From an uncultured virus (IMG/VR IMGVR_UViG_3300024270_002235) (lineage: Duplodnaviria; Heunggongvirae; Uroviricota; Caudoviricetes), in the IMG/VR virus record IMGVR_UViG_3300024270_002235: 64,000 bases of DNA, one strand, 5' to 3'. The position numbers and the translations under genes were made by a program. Under the pieces are notes generated by a model. That model had not been told where the DNA came from and did not search any database. It saw nothing but the letters and a program-made list of their open reading frames with translations. Shown here piece by piece: positions 10,344 through 19,861 of this stretch. Position 1 is the stretch's first letter. Every line of letters starts with the position of its first letter.

Positions 10344-10856
10344 ATGGAGCAAGAATATTGTATAATATATGGTTATAATGATACAGACCCAGGTCCTTTT
10401 ATAGTAGGGGTTACAAAAGATCAGGATATGATAAATGGATTTAGAGAAGAACATTATCATTTCTGTAAAGGCGGTAATGTTGTTATAGATAGTTTCTATG
10501 ATAACTTATCAGCAGATTACGAGATAAAATATTCTGGAGGACATTATCTAACTCCAAAAATGATTACAGATTTTATGCAATATCTAACAGCAGAATATAA
10601 TCAACTAACAATGCTTATAGATACATTATCAAGAGATGTTGAATATTTTAAATTTAATGAAACTGAACAAGATATAATATCAGAAGGTTTAGGATTCTTA
10701 CATGAAACCTTATATGAAACATCATATGGAATGCATATGGAAAATAAATATGGTAGTGATGATATTTTAGATTCTATATATGCATCAGTTTTAGATGTTC
10801 CTGAGTGTTTAAATAGATTCCTATCAACTTACCAGCCTGAAGCTGGGTTATTTTAA
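10344..10856 (+). CDS. hypothetical early protein
   Basis: SD aaggaggg, 170-aa ORF. Confidence 0.75.
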   Translation: MEQEYCIIYGYNDTDPGPFIVGVTKDQDMINGFREEHYHFCKGGNVVIDSFYDNLSADYEIKYSGGHYLTPKMITDFMQYLTAEYNQLTMLIDTLSRDVEYFKFNETEQDIISEGLGFLHETLYETSYGMHMENKYGSDDILDSIYASVLDVPECLNRFLSTYQPEAGLF

Positions 10857-10887
10857 AGATATAACCTTCGGGTTATATCTTTTTTTC
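10855..10887 (+). terminator. intrinsic terminator (UUCG loop)
   Basis: aaagatataacc-ttcg-ggttatatcttt + T run. Confidence 0.85.
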
Positions 10888-10892
10888 TTACC

Positions 10893-10904
10893 TACAATTT
10901 TATA
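10893..10904 (+). promoter_or_regulatory. late-type promoter (TACA variant)
   Basis: TACA atttta TA. Confidence 0.5.
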
Positions 10905-10920
10905 AAAGGAGAGTGATAAG

Positions 10921-11613
10921 ATGAGATTAGTTCCAAAACAAATAGAAAGTTATAAAAACGATAGACTTATAGAGGAAGTCAATATTAACAACGTTCCAGA
11001 TGTTGAGATGATTTACAATATAGTATCTGAAAAGGATAAAGTAAAAACAGTTAAAACATGTGAGAGAATGATACGTTCTAGCTTAGAATATAAAGAGTAT
11101 ATTAAATATCTAAAAGAATACATAGATATGACTAAATGTAGTTTCTTTGGAAATTCTAAAATGGACCATTATTCTAAATTTAAAGTTGAGATACACCATT
11201 CACCATTTACTTTATATGATATTACAATGACTGTATTACTTAAACATCTTGATTATTATGGAGAAATAAATCTATTTGAAGTATGTGAAGAGGTTATGAA
11301 ACTACATTATCAATGTAGAGTAGGATTAATACCGTTATCTACTACAGTACATAAGTTAGTACATGAAGGTATGCTATTTATACCTGTACAAAATGTACGT
11401 GGAGATTGGTTAACATTCTATAAAGAGTATGAACCTTATATGCCTCAAGATATGAAAGATAAATTAAAATCTATCGTTAAATTCTCTAAAGAATGTCAAG
11501 ACTATTCGTTATTAGAAACTAAGTTTACATATGTAGATGTAGATGGATTTAGACCTTTATCTCTATTAGGTCAAGAAGAATTCATGAAGAGAATCGTTTC
11601 AGATCCAAAATAA
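10921..11613 (+). CDS. HNH-like (beta-beta-alpha-metal) protein
   Basis: C...EIHHSPFTLYDI...VGLIPLSTTVHKLVH; paralog of 22249..22923. Confidence 0.55.
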   Translation: MRLVPKQIESYKNDRLIEEVNINNVPDVEMIYNIVSEKDKVKTVKTCERMIRSSLEYKEYIKYLKEYIDMTKCSFFGNSKMDHYSKFKVEIHHSPFTLYDITMTVLLKHLDYYGEINLFEVCEEVMKLHYQCRVGLIPLSTTVHKLVHEGMLFIPVQNVRGDWLTFYKEYEPYMPQDMKDKLKSIVKFSKECQDYSLLETKFTYVDVDGFRPLSLLGQEEFMKRIVSDPK

Positions 11614-11623
11614 TTCATTATTA

Positions 11624-11635
11624 AACAAATAGTTA
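11624..11635 (+). promoter_or_regulatory. late-type promoter
   Basis: AACA aatagt TA. Confidence 0.6.
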
Positions 11636-11658
11636 AAACACGAAAGGAGCGTAGAAAA

Positions 11659-11991
11659 ATGGAAGAAGAAGTAAGATACTATCCGTATAGTATGATAGGA
11701 GAATTAGTGAATGCTGATAAGGGTCGTATTACTTATATGTTAAAAGCAATGCAGATATTGGCAGTCGAAGAAAATCCTAATACTACTTGTAAAATGGGTA
11801 AATTATGTGTACATATAGATTTCAAACGTGAACACTTTAATGATTTATATCCAAAGTATTTCAGAGAATATTTTGATTACAAGAACGGGAGACAATATTT
11901 CGTATTTGAGATAACTGATGAATTTGTTGAGTTTGTTAAAGATAGAATAGAGAAAGTGGGGTGCTTATATAATGTACAATTCAAACAATAA
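11659..11991 (+). CDS. hypothetical protein
   Basis: SD aaaggag, 110-aa ORF. Confidence 0.7.
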   Translation: MEEEVRYYPYSMIGELVNADKGRITYMLKAMQILAVEENPNTTCKMGKLCVHIDFKREHFNDLYPKYFREYFDYKNGRQYFVFEITDEFVEFVKDRIEKVGCLYNVQFKQ

Positions 11992-12469
11992 ATACTGTAC
12001 ACTAGAGACTCTACTAAATGAATTATATTGTTTATTTGAAGTAAATTCACCTGTATTTACTGATGAGCTAGGTTATAAATGGTATGAATTAAGAAATGTA
12101 CTTGATATATTAAGAATAAATGAAGATGAATATATAAACGGTTATTATTTAATGACTATTGAGGATGAGACGTTCATATCAGAAGAGGGTATAAATATGT
12201 TATTAATAGAATATGAAAATGAATTTCGAGATGAAATTCTAAATTATATAACAGGAGATGTTATGCCAGATATAAAATCAGATTCGATGTATTTGGGGTT
12301 GCAAATATTAAATGACATGAGAACTGCCTCAATAGAACATTCTTGTTATTGTGAAGATAGTGATGTATTAATGACATCTGTTAAAGTACAAAAATATACT
12401 GACAATAAAATGAAAAGAATGAATAAAAAACATAAAATGAAAAATAGTAAAAATAATTTTAGAAAATAA
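11972..12469 (+). CDS. Bro-N-like DNA-binding protein
   Basis: WYELRNVLDIL...FISEEGINMLL...YITGDVMPDI resembles Bro-N (WF..DV...L / ISE.GLY.L / W...VLP.I). Confidence 0.55.
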   Translation: MYNSNNKYCTLETLLNELYCLFEVNSPVFTDELGYKWYELRNVLDILRINEDEYINGYYLMTIEDETFISEEGINMLLIEYENEFRDEILNYITGDVMPDIKSDSMYLGLQILNDMRTASIEHSCYCEDSDVLMTSVKVQKYTDNKMKRMNKKHKMKNSKNNFRK

Positions 12470-12484
12470 AATTTCATATAGTAT

Positions 12485-12496
12485 AACAACTAATTA
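12485..12496 (+). promoter_or_regulatory. late-type promoter of the ncRNA
   Basis: AACA actaat TA immediately before a GC-richer structured tract. Confidence 0.6.
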
Positions 12497-12819
12497 GGGA
12501 GATGGAAGGGACAGAGAAGCGTGCCAGTTCAGTGTCTGCAACACTGTTCGAAAGCCTTAGGTAGCCACAGGTACAGATGATTTCCACCACAAGGGAGCCA
12601 GATAATTCAATCCATCAACTAGTTATGTTATACAGCTGATAACATAATGCATCGTATGCTTTTGCAGAGATTAGCGATGTTGTCGATCGTGTGTAGAGTT
12701 GGTGTAGAAAAAGCCAACGTTTTTATATCAATGTGGATAAGATATATACGCATGTGAGACTAAACAAAAGATAAATAGATGTATATAGTGAAGTCATATC
12801 ACTATATACATCTATTTTT
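12496..12819 (+). ncRNA. structured non-coding RNA of unknown family
   Basis: Own promoter and terminator, no credible ORF, raised GC, multiple nested stems (see findings). Confidence 0.65.
12773..12819 (+). terminator. intrinsic terminator
   Basis: 19-bp perfect stem aaatagatgtatatagtga/tcactatatacatctattt. Confidence 0.8.
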
Positions 12820-12934
12820 CCGTACTTGAAAACTAAATAAAAAATATATTTTATCAAATTTTATTGGAGGTAAAATTCTAATGATCTCAGAGAGATCTTA
12901 GCGTAGTCCTATGACTACTTATAGTAATGTTTGT

Positions 12935-12974
12935 GTAAAAAGGTATCAAATCAATTATATATTATGTAAATGAA
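12935..12974 (+). promoter_or_regulatory. early-type promoter
   Basis: GTAAAA 12935, TCAATTATATATTAT 12951-12965, TGAA 12971. Confidence 0.75.
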
Positions 12975-12998
12975 TAATAAATTTTAGGAGGTATTTAT

Positions 12999-13565
12999 AT
13001 GGGAAAAATTATAATAACTACAGATGGAAGTTCTATAAGTGCTAATAATGAAAAAGGATTTGATGCAGCTTCAGCATTTGCTATTTATTATAATAACAAA
13101 TTAATTCATAAAGAATCTAAACTTTTATTAAACCATACAAATAATTATGCTGAAATGTATGCAATTTACAAAGGTACGAAATATTTAGTAGAAAATTCTA
13201 CAGAAATATTTGATGCTGAATCAGTTATGATAGTAACAGATTCTCAGTTATGTGAGAAAACTTTAAATGAATGGATGAAAGGTTGGTTAAAGAAAACTGA
13301 CAATGAAGTATTAATGAGTACAACAGGTAAAGTAAAAAATCAAGAACTGATCAAATCTGCATATATAAATATCTTATTATTAAGTCTTACAATTCCAGTC
13401 TATGTTTGTCATATAAATTCCCATAATAATGAAAGTAAGATTCCTGAAATGCATAAGAAATTTGTCAATAAATATTTTGACATTGATATAGAAGAATTTA
13501 AATTAATATTCGAAGGAAATCAAATAGTAGATAAACTTGCTTATGATACATTAAATGAAAAATAA
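12999..13565 (+). CDS. rnhA: ribonuclease HI
   Basis: ITTDGS, TNNYAEMYA, IVTDS, HINSH, GNQIVDKLA catalytic motifs. Confidence 0.9.
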   Translation: MGKIIITTDGSSISANNEKGFDAASAFAIYYNNKLIHKESKLLLNHTNNYAEMYAIYKGTKYLVENSTEIFDAESVMIVTDSQLCEKTLNEWMKGWLKKTDNEVLMSTTGKVKNQELIKSAYINILLLSLTIPVYVCHINSHNNESKIPEMHKKFVNKYFDIDIEEFKLIFEGNQIVDKLAYDTLNEK

Positions 13566-13575
13566 TATTTTATGT

Positions 13576-13587
13576 AACAACAAAATA
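13576..13587 (+). promoter_or_regulatory. late-type promoter
   Basis: AACA acaaaa TA. Confidence 0.55.
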
Positions 13588-13624
13588 TGTTGAAATTTAA
13601 ATAAAAAATGGAGGTAATGATTTT

Positions 13625-14833
13625 ATGAATAGATTAGATATACATGAATATTATATGAATATTGCAGTTCAAACTTCTTTAAGAAGTACATGTATCAGAA
13701 GAAAAGTTGGTGCAATTATAGTGAAAGATAATAGAATATTATCTACAGGATATAATGGTGCTCCTAGTGGTCTTCCAAATTGTTGTGATGATTGTAAGAG
13801 ATGTTATAGAAGTGCACATAACATACCTTCAGGACAAATGTTGGATATGTGCTATGCTGTACACGCTGAACAGAATGCAATTTTAAACGCAATGAAAACG
13901 GGAGAAGATTTAAGAGGAGCTAGTTTATATGTTAATACGTATCCTTGTGCAACTTGTATGAAACTTACATTACAAGTAGGTATTAGAAATATATATTTCA
14001 TAGACGAATATGAAAATGAATTTACAAAAAATATGGCAAAAGAAGCAGGATGTCAATTAGTTAAAATGGACGGAAGTATTTATCAAACTCCTGTAGGAAC
14101 AGAAGTTAAAACAACTAATGATTTAGATGCTATAGATCCTTTAGTTGCAGCTATATATAAATATAAACCAGGAACTGCAGAGTTTGTAGAAAACAGACAT
14201 AAGATATTTGAAGAAAAAGGTTTATATGAATATTATGATGAGATAATATATTATACAGATTATAGACCTGAAAATGAAGTAACTAAAATAGATAAAGAAG
14301 TATTGAAAAAGGTAGGGACACAATTTGCTAATAGAAATGAACTTGAATATAATGGAGATTTTGTAAGACAGTTAGTAGTTGGAGCTTTAGTATATGATGT
14401 ATTTACAGATAGTTTCATAGTGTTAAAATGTAAAGGAGAAAGATTAAAAGATAAATTAACATTAGTTCAAGGTCATGTTAGTAAATTAGAAAAAGGAAAT
14501 ACAAAACATAGATTACAAACAATTTTAAATAAAAACATAAAGAAAGAATTAACAGAAGAATTAACAATAGATCTTGAAGATATAATAAGTATAGAACCTT
14601 TATATTTAGTACAATCTAACGATAATAAAATAAGTTCAGAACATTTAGGAGTTATCTATCTAGTTAAAATAGATACAGGAAATATAGAATATGAAATAGA
14701 AAGTGGAGAACCAGAAAAGCATGATGTTGAAATGCTTTCATTATTTAAATTATCTGATTTAAAGGTAATAGATAAAATGGATACATGGCTTAGAAAAGTC
14801 ATAGTACAATTAAAAGACGATAAGAGAATTTAG
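13625..14833 (+). CDS. dCMP deaminase fused to a C-terminal NUDIX-like domain
   Basis: RSTC.RRKVGA, TGYNG, HAEQNA, PCATC; C-terminal GHV...KKELTEEL...HLGVIY. Confidence 0.85.
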   Translation: MNRLDIHEYYMNIAVQTSLRSTCIRRKVGAIIVKDNRILSTGYNGAPSGLPNCCDDCKRCYRSAHNIPSGQMLDMCYAVHAEQNAILNAMKTGEDLRGASLYVNTYPCATCMKLTLQVGIRNIYFIDEYENEFTKNMAKEAGCQLVKMDGSIYQTPVGTEVKTTNDLDAIDPLVAAIYKYKPGTAEFVENRHKIFEEKGLYEYYDEIIYYTDYRPENEVTKIDKEVLKKVGTQFANRNELEYNGDFVRQLVVGALVYDVFTDSFIVLKCKGERLKDKLTLVQGHVSKLEKGNTKHRLQTILNKNIKKELTEELTIDLEDIISIEPLYLVQSNDNKISSEHLGVIYLVKIDTGNIEYEIESGEPEKHDVEMLSLFKLSDLKVIDKMDTWLRKVIVQLKDDKRI

Positions 14834-14840
14834 ACAACTA

Positions 14841-14884
14841 AATAATATGGAGAGGATTGTATGATCCTTTTCATATTATTTTTT
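14841..14884 (+). terminator. intrinsic terminator
   Basis: aataatatggagaggat/atccttttcatattatt + T run. Confidence 0.7.
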
Positions 14885-14891
14885 GCCCACC

Positions 14892-14931
14892 GTAAAAAGG
14901 TACTATTTCAATTATATATTATAGTAATGAA
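14892..14931 (+). promoter_or_regulatory. early-type promoter
   Basis: GTAAAA 14892, TCAATTATATATTAT 14908-14922, TGAA 14928. Confidence 0.75.
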
Positions 14932-14958
14932 GAAAAATAAAATAGGGAGGTATTCAAT

Positions 14959-16893
14959 ATGGCAAATGTTGATAAAAATTCTAATAATTATACAATAGAA
15001 AGAATTAGAAAACCAATGGATAGAAGTAAATTAAATCAATTATATAATGAATTTAAATCTGATGATGATTATCTTAGTTATCATTTAGATGTTATAGAAG
15101 AAATGCATCCAAAATTTAAGATAACATTAGTAAATGATGAAGAAAAGAATCCGATTAAGAATTCTGATCTAAATCAATCATACGGATATATGGAAAAACA
15201 TCATGCAATAGAATTTATAGAAGAATGTATAGATAATAACAGAGTTAGTAGTAAACCAAAAGCAGTTATGCAAACAGGATTTAATAAGAAAGCATTAGAT
15301 AAATATAAAGCATTATTAGAAAGAGAGAAAGAAGAATGTGAATTAGTAAACGAATTTACAAAACCATCTTTTGAAGATATAATGAATAATGTTTATGTTA
15401 ATGCATATAATGGTTCAACATATCATATGAAAGATAATGATATTCCAGATGATTTAAGAGAAGATGTTGGAGTAACAATTCCAGGTTTAATAGAAACTAA
15501 AGAAGATTATTTTGAATTTGTTAAGAGATTAAAAGATAGAGGTAAAAATGGTTTAGGACGTTCTATATATGAACGTTATGAAGATTATGAAGATGCAAAA
15601 GATTTAATTGAAAGATATAAACAAGCATTGTTTGATAAGTATGGTGGTAAAGAAGAATTCTTCCATGCTAAAGATATGGGTGGAATGTTTGGAGCTTATG
15701 AGTATTATCCAACAGTTAAACCTAGATTTAAGAAGACAATGCGTAATATAAAATTAGATAGAGGTATGAACTTAAACGAATTAGCAATGGTAAAAGATAT
15801 GGGTAAACGTATATGGGAAGAATATGAAGAAGAAATAAATGCAATAGAAGTTGATGGATATGATTTCACAATGTATGAAAGCACACCACCTAAATTCAAA
15901 GACCTACCAGAAGACCTACAAATGTTCTATAAAACAGATAAAGATAACATTAATGGTTTCACACATACAGATAGATTCACATCTTATGAGCAATATGCAA
16001 ATTCTCTAATCGCATCTAAAGATCCAGATAAACAACTTGAAGGTTATAGAATATTAGAAGATATTAAGAGTGACATGATGTTAGATCAAGAAGATTATGA
16101 ATCTAGTTTTGTAAATGTTACAGACATAGATGATTTAACAATATCTTCAGTAATAAATCAATTCCAATATGATAAACTTATGGAAGAGTATAAGAATGAT
16201 TCTAGTGTAGTTGATAGTATAATGAAAGACAATAAAGAATCAAGAGAAGCTTATGAGAAATATCTAGAATATCAATTAATAGGTATCAATGGATATGATA
16301 TGGAAAATCCAATAGATAAGACAACAGTTAAAGGTTTAGTTAAATATGCAGCAGATTATGTATTTAATGAAGGATTTAAACGTAGAGAAGATGAAATATT
16401 ATCAATGAACTCAGTAGCTGAAAGTTTATATAAAGATTCTAAACATGTAAGCTTTGGTGAAGCGAGAGATCAAAGAACAGGAATGAGAAAAGGGGATAAT
16501 AAAATATCAGCATATGTAAGAGAAATAGCAGATGCAGCTAAGAAAAGTTTACAAAACATGAACTCAAATGCAGACAATGTTAATAGAGTTGATGGATCTA
16601 CAATAGATATAGGTGATGCAACAGGATATCAATTATTAAATAGAGGTTTAGATGGTTTTGAATTAAATCCAAATGAAGCTAGTCAATTATTAAATTACAT
16701 GAAGAATAATGATAAATTAGCTGAGAAAATTTATGAATTAAGTTCTGATTCTAAAGCAAATGATATGTTCAGTGAAAGAACTAATATAGATGATTTCGTA
16801 AATGAAGCTAAGCAAACAAGTAAACCTATGATCACAAAAGCTATGATAGAGAAAGCTATAGAAAATAATAAAAATGGTAGAAAGGGAGAATGA
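14959..16893 (+). CDS. hypothetical acidic early protein (644 aa)
   Basis: Long ORF, SD gggagg; no recognised motif. Confidence 0.8.
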   Translation: MANVDKNSNNYTIERIRKPMDRSKLNQLYNEFKSDDDYLSYHLDVIEEMHPKFKITLVNDEEKNPIKNSDLNQSYGYMEKHHAIEFIEECIDNNRVSSKPKAVMQTGFNKKALDKYKALLEREKEECELVNEFTKPSFEDIMNNVYVNAYNGSTYHMKDNDIPDDLREDVGVTIPGLIETKEDYFEFVKRLKDRGKNGLGRSIYERYEDYEDAKDLIERYKQALFDKYGGKEEFFHAKDMGGMFGAYEYYPTVKPRFKKTMRNIKLDRGMNLNELAMVKDMGKRIWEEYEEEINAIEVDGYDFTMYESTPPKFKDLPEDLQMFYKTDKDNINGFTHTDRFTSYEQYANSLIASKDPDKQLEGYRILEDIKSDMMLDQEDYESSFVNVTDIDDLTISSVINQFQYDKLMEEYKNDSSVVDSIMKDNKESREAYEKYLEYQLIGINGYDMENPIDKTTVKGLVKYAADYVFNEGFKRREDEILSMNSVAESLYKDSKHVSFGEARDQRTGMRKGDNKISAYVREIADAAKKSLQNMNSNADNVNRVDGSTIDIGDATGYQLLNRGLDGFELNPNEASQLLNYMKNNDKLAEKIYELSSDSKANDMFSERTNIDDFVNEAKQTSKPMITKAMIEKAIENNKNGRKGE

Positions 16894-16898
16894 TATAT

Positions 16899-19790
16899 AT
16901 GAAAACAAAAATAGTTAAAGTTGATGAGGTTAAAATTGAAAGTTTAATCAAAAAGAATTTCTCAGAAGAATTTATGAGAAAAGTTTATGATATATATTCA
17001 AATGATTATATTAGTATAGTTGAAAAGACAATAAGATTTGACAAAATATTTACAGAAGAGTTTGGAGGTAGAAAAGATTACAGAAGAATTGGTGAGGGGA
17101 CAAACAGATTTGTTTGTCTTCTTGATAACCATATAATTAAAGTAGCTTATAACTATTTAGCATTTATAGATAATATGAATGAATTAGCACAAGCTAAATA
17201 TAAAAGTAAATATTTAGCTCAAGCATATGAAACTAATGGAATAATATTAGTTAGTGAATATGTTACAGTTATGGATAAAGAAGAATTCTTAGATAGTCAA
17301 TTTTATATAAAAAGAATATTAAGTACATTAGCAGAAGATCAATCTTTAGTAGATGATGAAAGAAAATTCTATATCTTAGGAGATATGGGGACAAGTGAAA
17401 AGAACTACGGAAACTGGGGTAAAAGAATGAATGGTGATATAGTAGTTCTAGATTATGGGTATTTATATCAATTAGCAAACGATGAATGGAAAGAAGTTGC
17501 AAGATGTCCTATATGTGGAAGTTCATTAGAATATACATCAGATTATTCAGAATTAAAATGTACAAAAACTGAGTGCAATAATAAAGTTAAATATACAACT
17601 TTAAGAAATACATTTGGATATGGTGAGATAATAAAGAACATAAATAAAAATCTTGAGAATGATAGATATATCAAATTTGATGAAAATGGTACAATAAATG
17701 TAGATGTATTAGAGAAAGTTGAGATAGAGGAAGAAAAGAAAGAAGAATTTAAAATGCCAGAAGACATAGATAATAAAATAAATAAAGCAAGAGATATGTT
17801 CTTCAATATAACTGAAATGATTAAAGCTGATAGAATAACTATAGATGATTATTATGAACTTAAAGATGAAATAATAAATGAAAAAGATGAGTATGACGAA
17901 ATGTTATATCCATTCGTATTAGCATCTTTAGAAATGAATATGTACAATGTTGATAGTCATATAAAAGATTTCAATAAGTTTGCTAATGCTAGATATAATA
18001 AAATATATGAAGAACTAAAAGGAGAGTTTGAAGAGAGTCAAGAGAAAGAAGAAGTTGAAGATCTTCCAGATTGTTATGATGAGTTTGGTGAATTCTCTGT
18101 AAGAGGATATGAATCAGAATTAAAGATAATAGATAGACAATCTCAAAATGGTGAAAACGAAGTAATAGAAACATCTTTAGATGATTTCTTCAGTGCTGAT
18201 TTCTCAAATGATTTCACAAACATGTTTAATGCAGAAGATCCTGAATTAGATAACATGAGTAGTGAATTCTCATTAGATCATATAATGAACTTATTAAATA
18301 TAAATGATAAATTAGTAGCTGAAGAAAAAGCTGAAGAACAAAAAGCACAAGAAGAAAAAGAAAAATTAGATGCTGATTATTTAATATATGAAGCAGAAAA
18401 AGAACTTGAAGAAAAATATAATGATTTAGAAGATGCTTTAACAAAATTAATAACTTCAAGATATCCTACAGTATTAGATGAAGAAGAATATACAACAGGT
18501 GATGTATATAGAACATATCTAAATGGTGATTTTATAGATTTAGATTATAGTCCTAGAGTAAATGCTAAGAATATATTAGGTGGTTGGAAAGCAAGTGAAT
18601 TTGCATTCCCATTATACAGACACCTATTAATCAAATTTGATTATGATATGGATCAAGTTGAATCAGAGTTCCAAGCAATTTATAGAATAGATGAAGAAGT
18701 TAGAATTCCAGAAGATTTATATGGAACAGTTGAAAACAGAAATCCAGTAGTTGCTCAAATTATAAACAGATTCGAAGATGATATGAAACCAGCTAGACCT
18801 AACGTTATAATGAACCTAGGTAATGAATTAAACAACTATTACAAAGCTTTAGATAAATATTATGAACTAATGAAACCAGATAATAAAGATGTTGATATAG
18901 ATGATCCAAATTATTATTTAACAGTTGCAGAAGAAAGTGAACATATGACAAAACTATTAAGAGAAGCTAAAGCTGAATTAAAAGACGAATTAATAGATAA
19001 CGGATATAGATTAGAAGATATGTTACAAGACAACAAGATAGTTTATTATTATGATTTAGAAGCTATAATGTCTAATACAGAATTAAATATCTTAAACATA
19101 ATACAAACTTCTGATTTCACAGGAATAACTGACATCAAAGAATATATCTTAAATAAATATTATATGGAATATAATAGTATATTACCAGATAGTGTATTTG
19201 ATATATTCAAATATAACGGTTCAATGGTTAAAGAAGAAGGTTGTATAAGTCATCCAAGATTAATAAAACCTAGAATAAAAGCTAGATTAGTTAATAAGCA
19301 TAGTAATATAGACACATTTGAACCAGAAATATTTAATAGAGTTCAATATAAAGTAATCACAATAGAACAAAGATATGACATGTTAGTTAACATGGATAAT
19401 CCTGAAGAAATAACAAACATGCAAGATGCTATCTTAAGTATGAAATCAAAAGGAATATGTTATTCAGAAAGACGTATAGCTAAATACAATATTAAGAAAA
19501 CAAGAGATAATATGAGATTAGGATTAACAGAAAAAGAAATTAAATTAGTAGAAGAATTTGAAGATAAATTATCTTTAGAAGTTATTAAAGATGTTGACGG
19601 AATAGTTAAGAAAACAATAGTAGAATTAATGGATAAAGAACATAACATGTGTGAAGATACAAAAGAGTTCATGTATGATATGGCTAAACATGGATTAGCA
19701 GAAGCATATGCTAATAGAATGATGAAAATCCATATCTTAACAATGAATGGATGTACAACTAGATTAGATTATCTTACACATGTAGAATAA
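16899..19790 (+). CDS. protein-kinase-like domain + Zn ribbon + long acidic region
   Basis: IGEGTNR (Gly loop), IIKVA, NMNE, VSEYV, GDM..NYGNWG, VVLDYG; CPIC...C....C; SD gggag favours ATG 16899 (track start 16890). Confidence 0.7.
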   Translation: MKTKIVKVDEVKIESLIKKNFSEEFMRKVYDIYSNDYISIVEKTIRFDKIFTEEFGGRKDYRRIGEGTNRFVCLLDNHIIKVAYNYLAFIDNMNELAQAKYKSKYLAQAYETNGIILVSEYVTVMDKEEFLDSQFYIKRILSTLAEDQSLVDDERKFYILGDMGTSEKNYGNWGKRMNGDIVVLDYGYLYQLANDEWKEVARCPICGSSLEYTSDYSELKCTKTECNNKVKYTTLRNTFGYGEIIKNINKNLENDRYIKFDENGTINVDVLEKVEIEEEKKEEFKMPEDIDNKINKARDMFFNITEMIKADRITIDDYYELKDEIINEKDEYDEMLYPFVLASLEMNMYNVDSHIKDFNKFANARYNKIYEELKGEFEESQEKEEVEDLPDCYDEFGEFSVRGYESELKIIDRQSQNGENEVIETSLDDFFSADFSNDFTNMFNAEDPELDNMSSEFSLDHIMNLLNINDKLVAEEKAEEQKAQEEKEKLDADYLIYEAEKELEEKYNDLEDALTKLITSRYPTVLDEEEYTTGDVYRTYLNGDFIDLDYSPRVNAKNILGGWKASEFAFPLYRHLLIKFDYDMDQVESEFQAIYRIDEEVRIPEDLYGTVENRNPVVAQIINRFEDDMKPARPNVIMNLGNELNNYYKALDKYYELMKPDNKDVDIDDPNYYLTVAEESEHMTKLLREAKAELKDELIDNGYRLEDMLQDNKIVYYYDLEAIMSNTELNILNIIQTSDFTGITDIKEYILNKYYMEYNSILPDSVFDIFKYNGSMVKEEGCISHPRLIKPRIKARLVNKHSNIDTFEPEIFNRVQYKVITIEQRYDMLVNMDNPEEITNMQDAILSMKSKGICYSERRIAKYNIKKTRDNMRLGLTEKEIKLVEEFEDKLSLEVIKDVDGIVKKTIVELMDKEHNMCEDTKEFMYDMAKHGLAEAYANRMMKIHILTMNGCTTRLDYLTHVE

Positions 19791-19799
19791 TCTGCATGT

Positions 19800-19839
19800 G
19801 TAATTTAATCATAATTCAATTATATATTATAAATATGAA
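19800..19839 (+). promoter_or_regulatory. early-type promoter
   Basis: GTAA 19800, TCAATTATATATTAT 19816-19830, TGAA 19836. Confidence 0.75.
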
Positions 19840-19861
19840 TAAAATATTAGGAGGTATTTGT

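Noticed and set aside
12498..12589. tRNA/tmRNA-like ends (GGAGAT...ATTTCC-A-CCA) with a TGC/GCA loop
   Set aside because: No T-arm next to the acceptor stem, no canonical D-arm or U33, and no tag ORF; the alternative gatgga/tccatc pairing is perfect
12507..12605. Cobalamin riboswitch or RNase P-like words (ACTGT, AGCCAC, GAGCCAG, AGATGATT)
   Set aside because: Core elements are missing (CCCC..ACUG and GGGAAG; GAGGAAAGUC)
14959..16893. Chimallin (nuclear shell) candidate based on size and early expression
   Set aside because: No recognisable sequence similarity; size alone is insufficient
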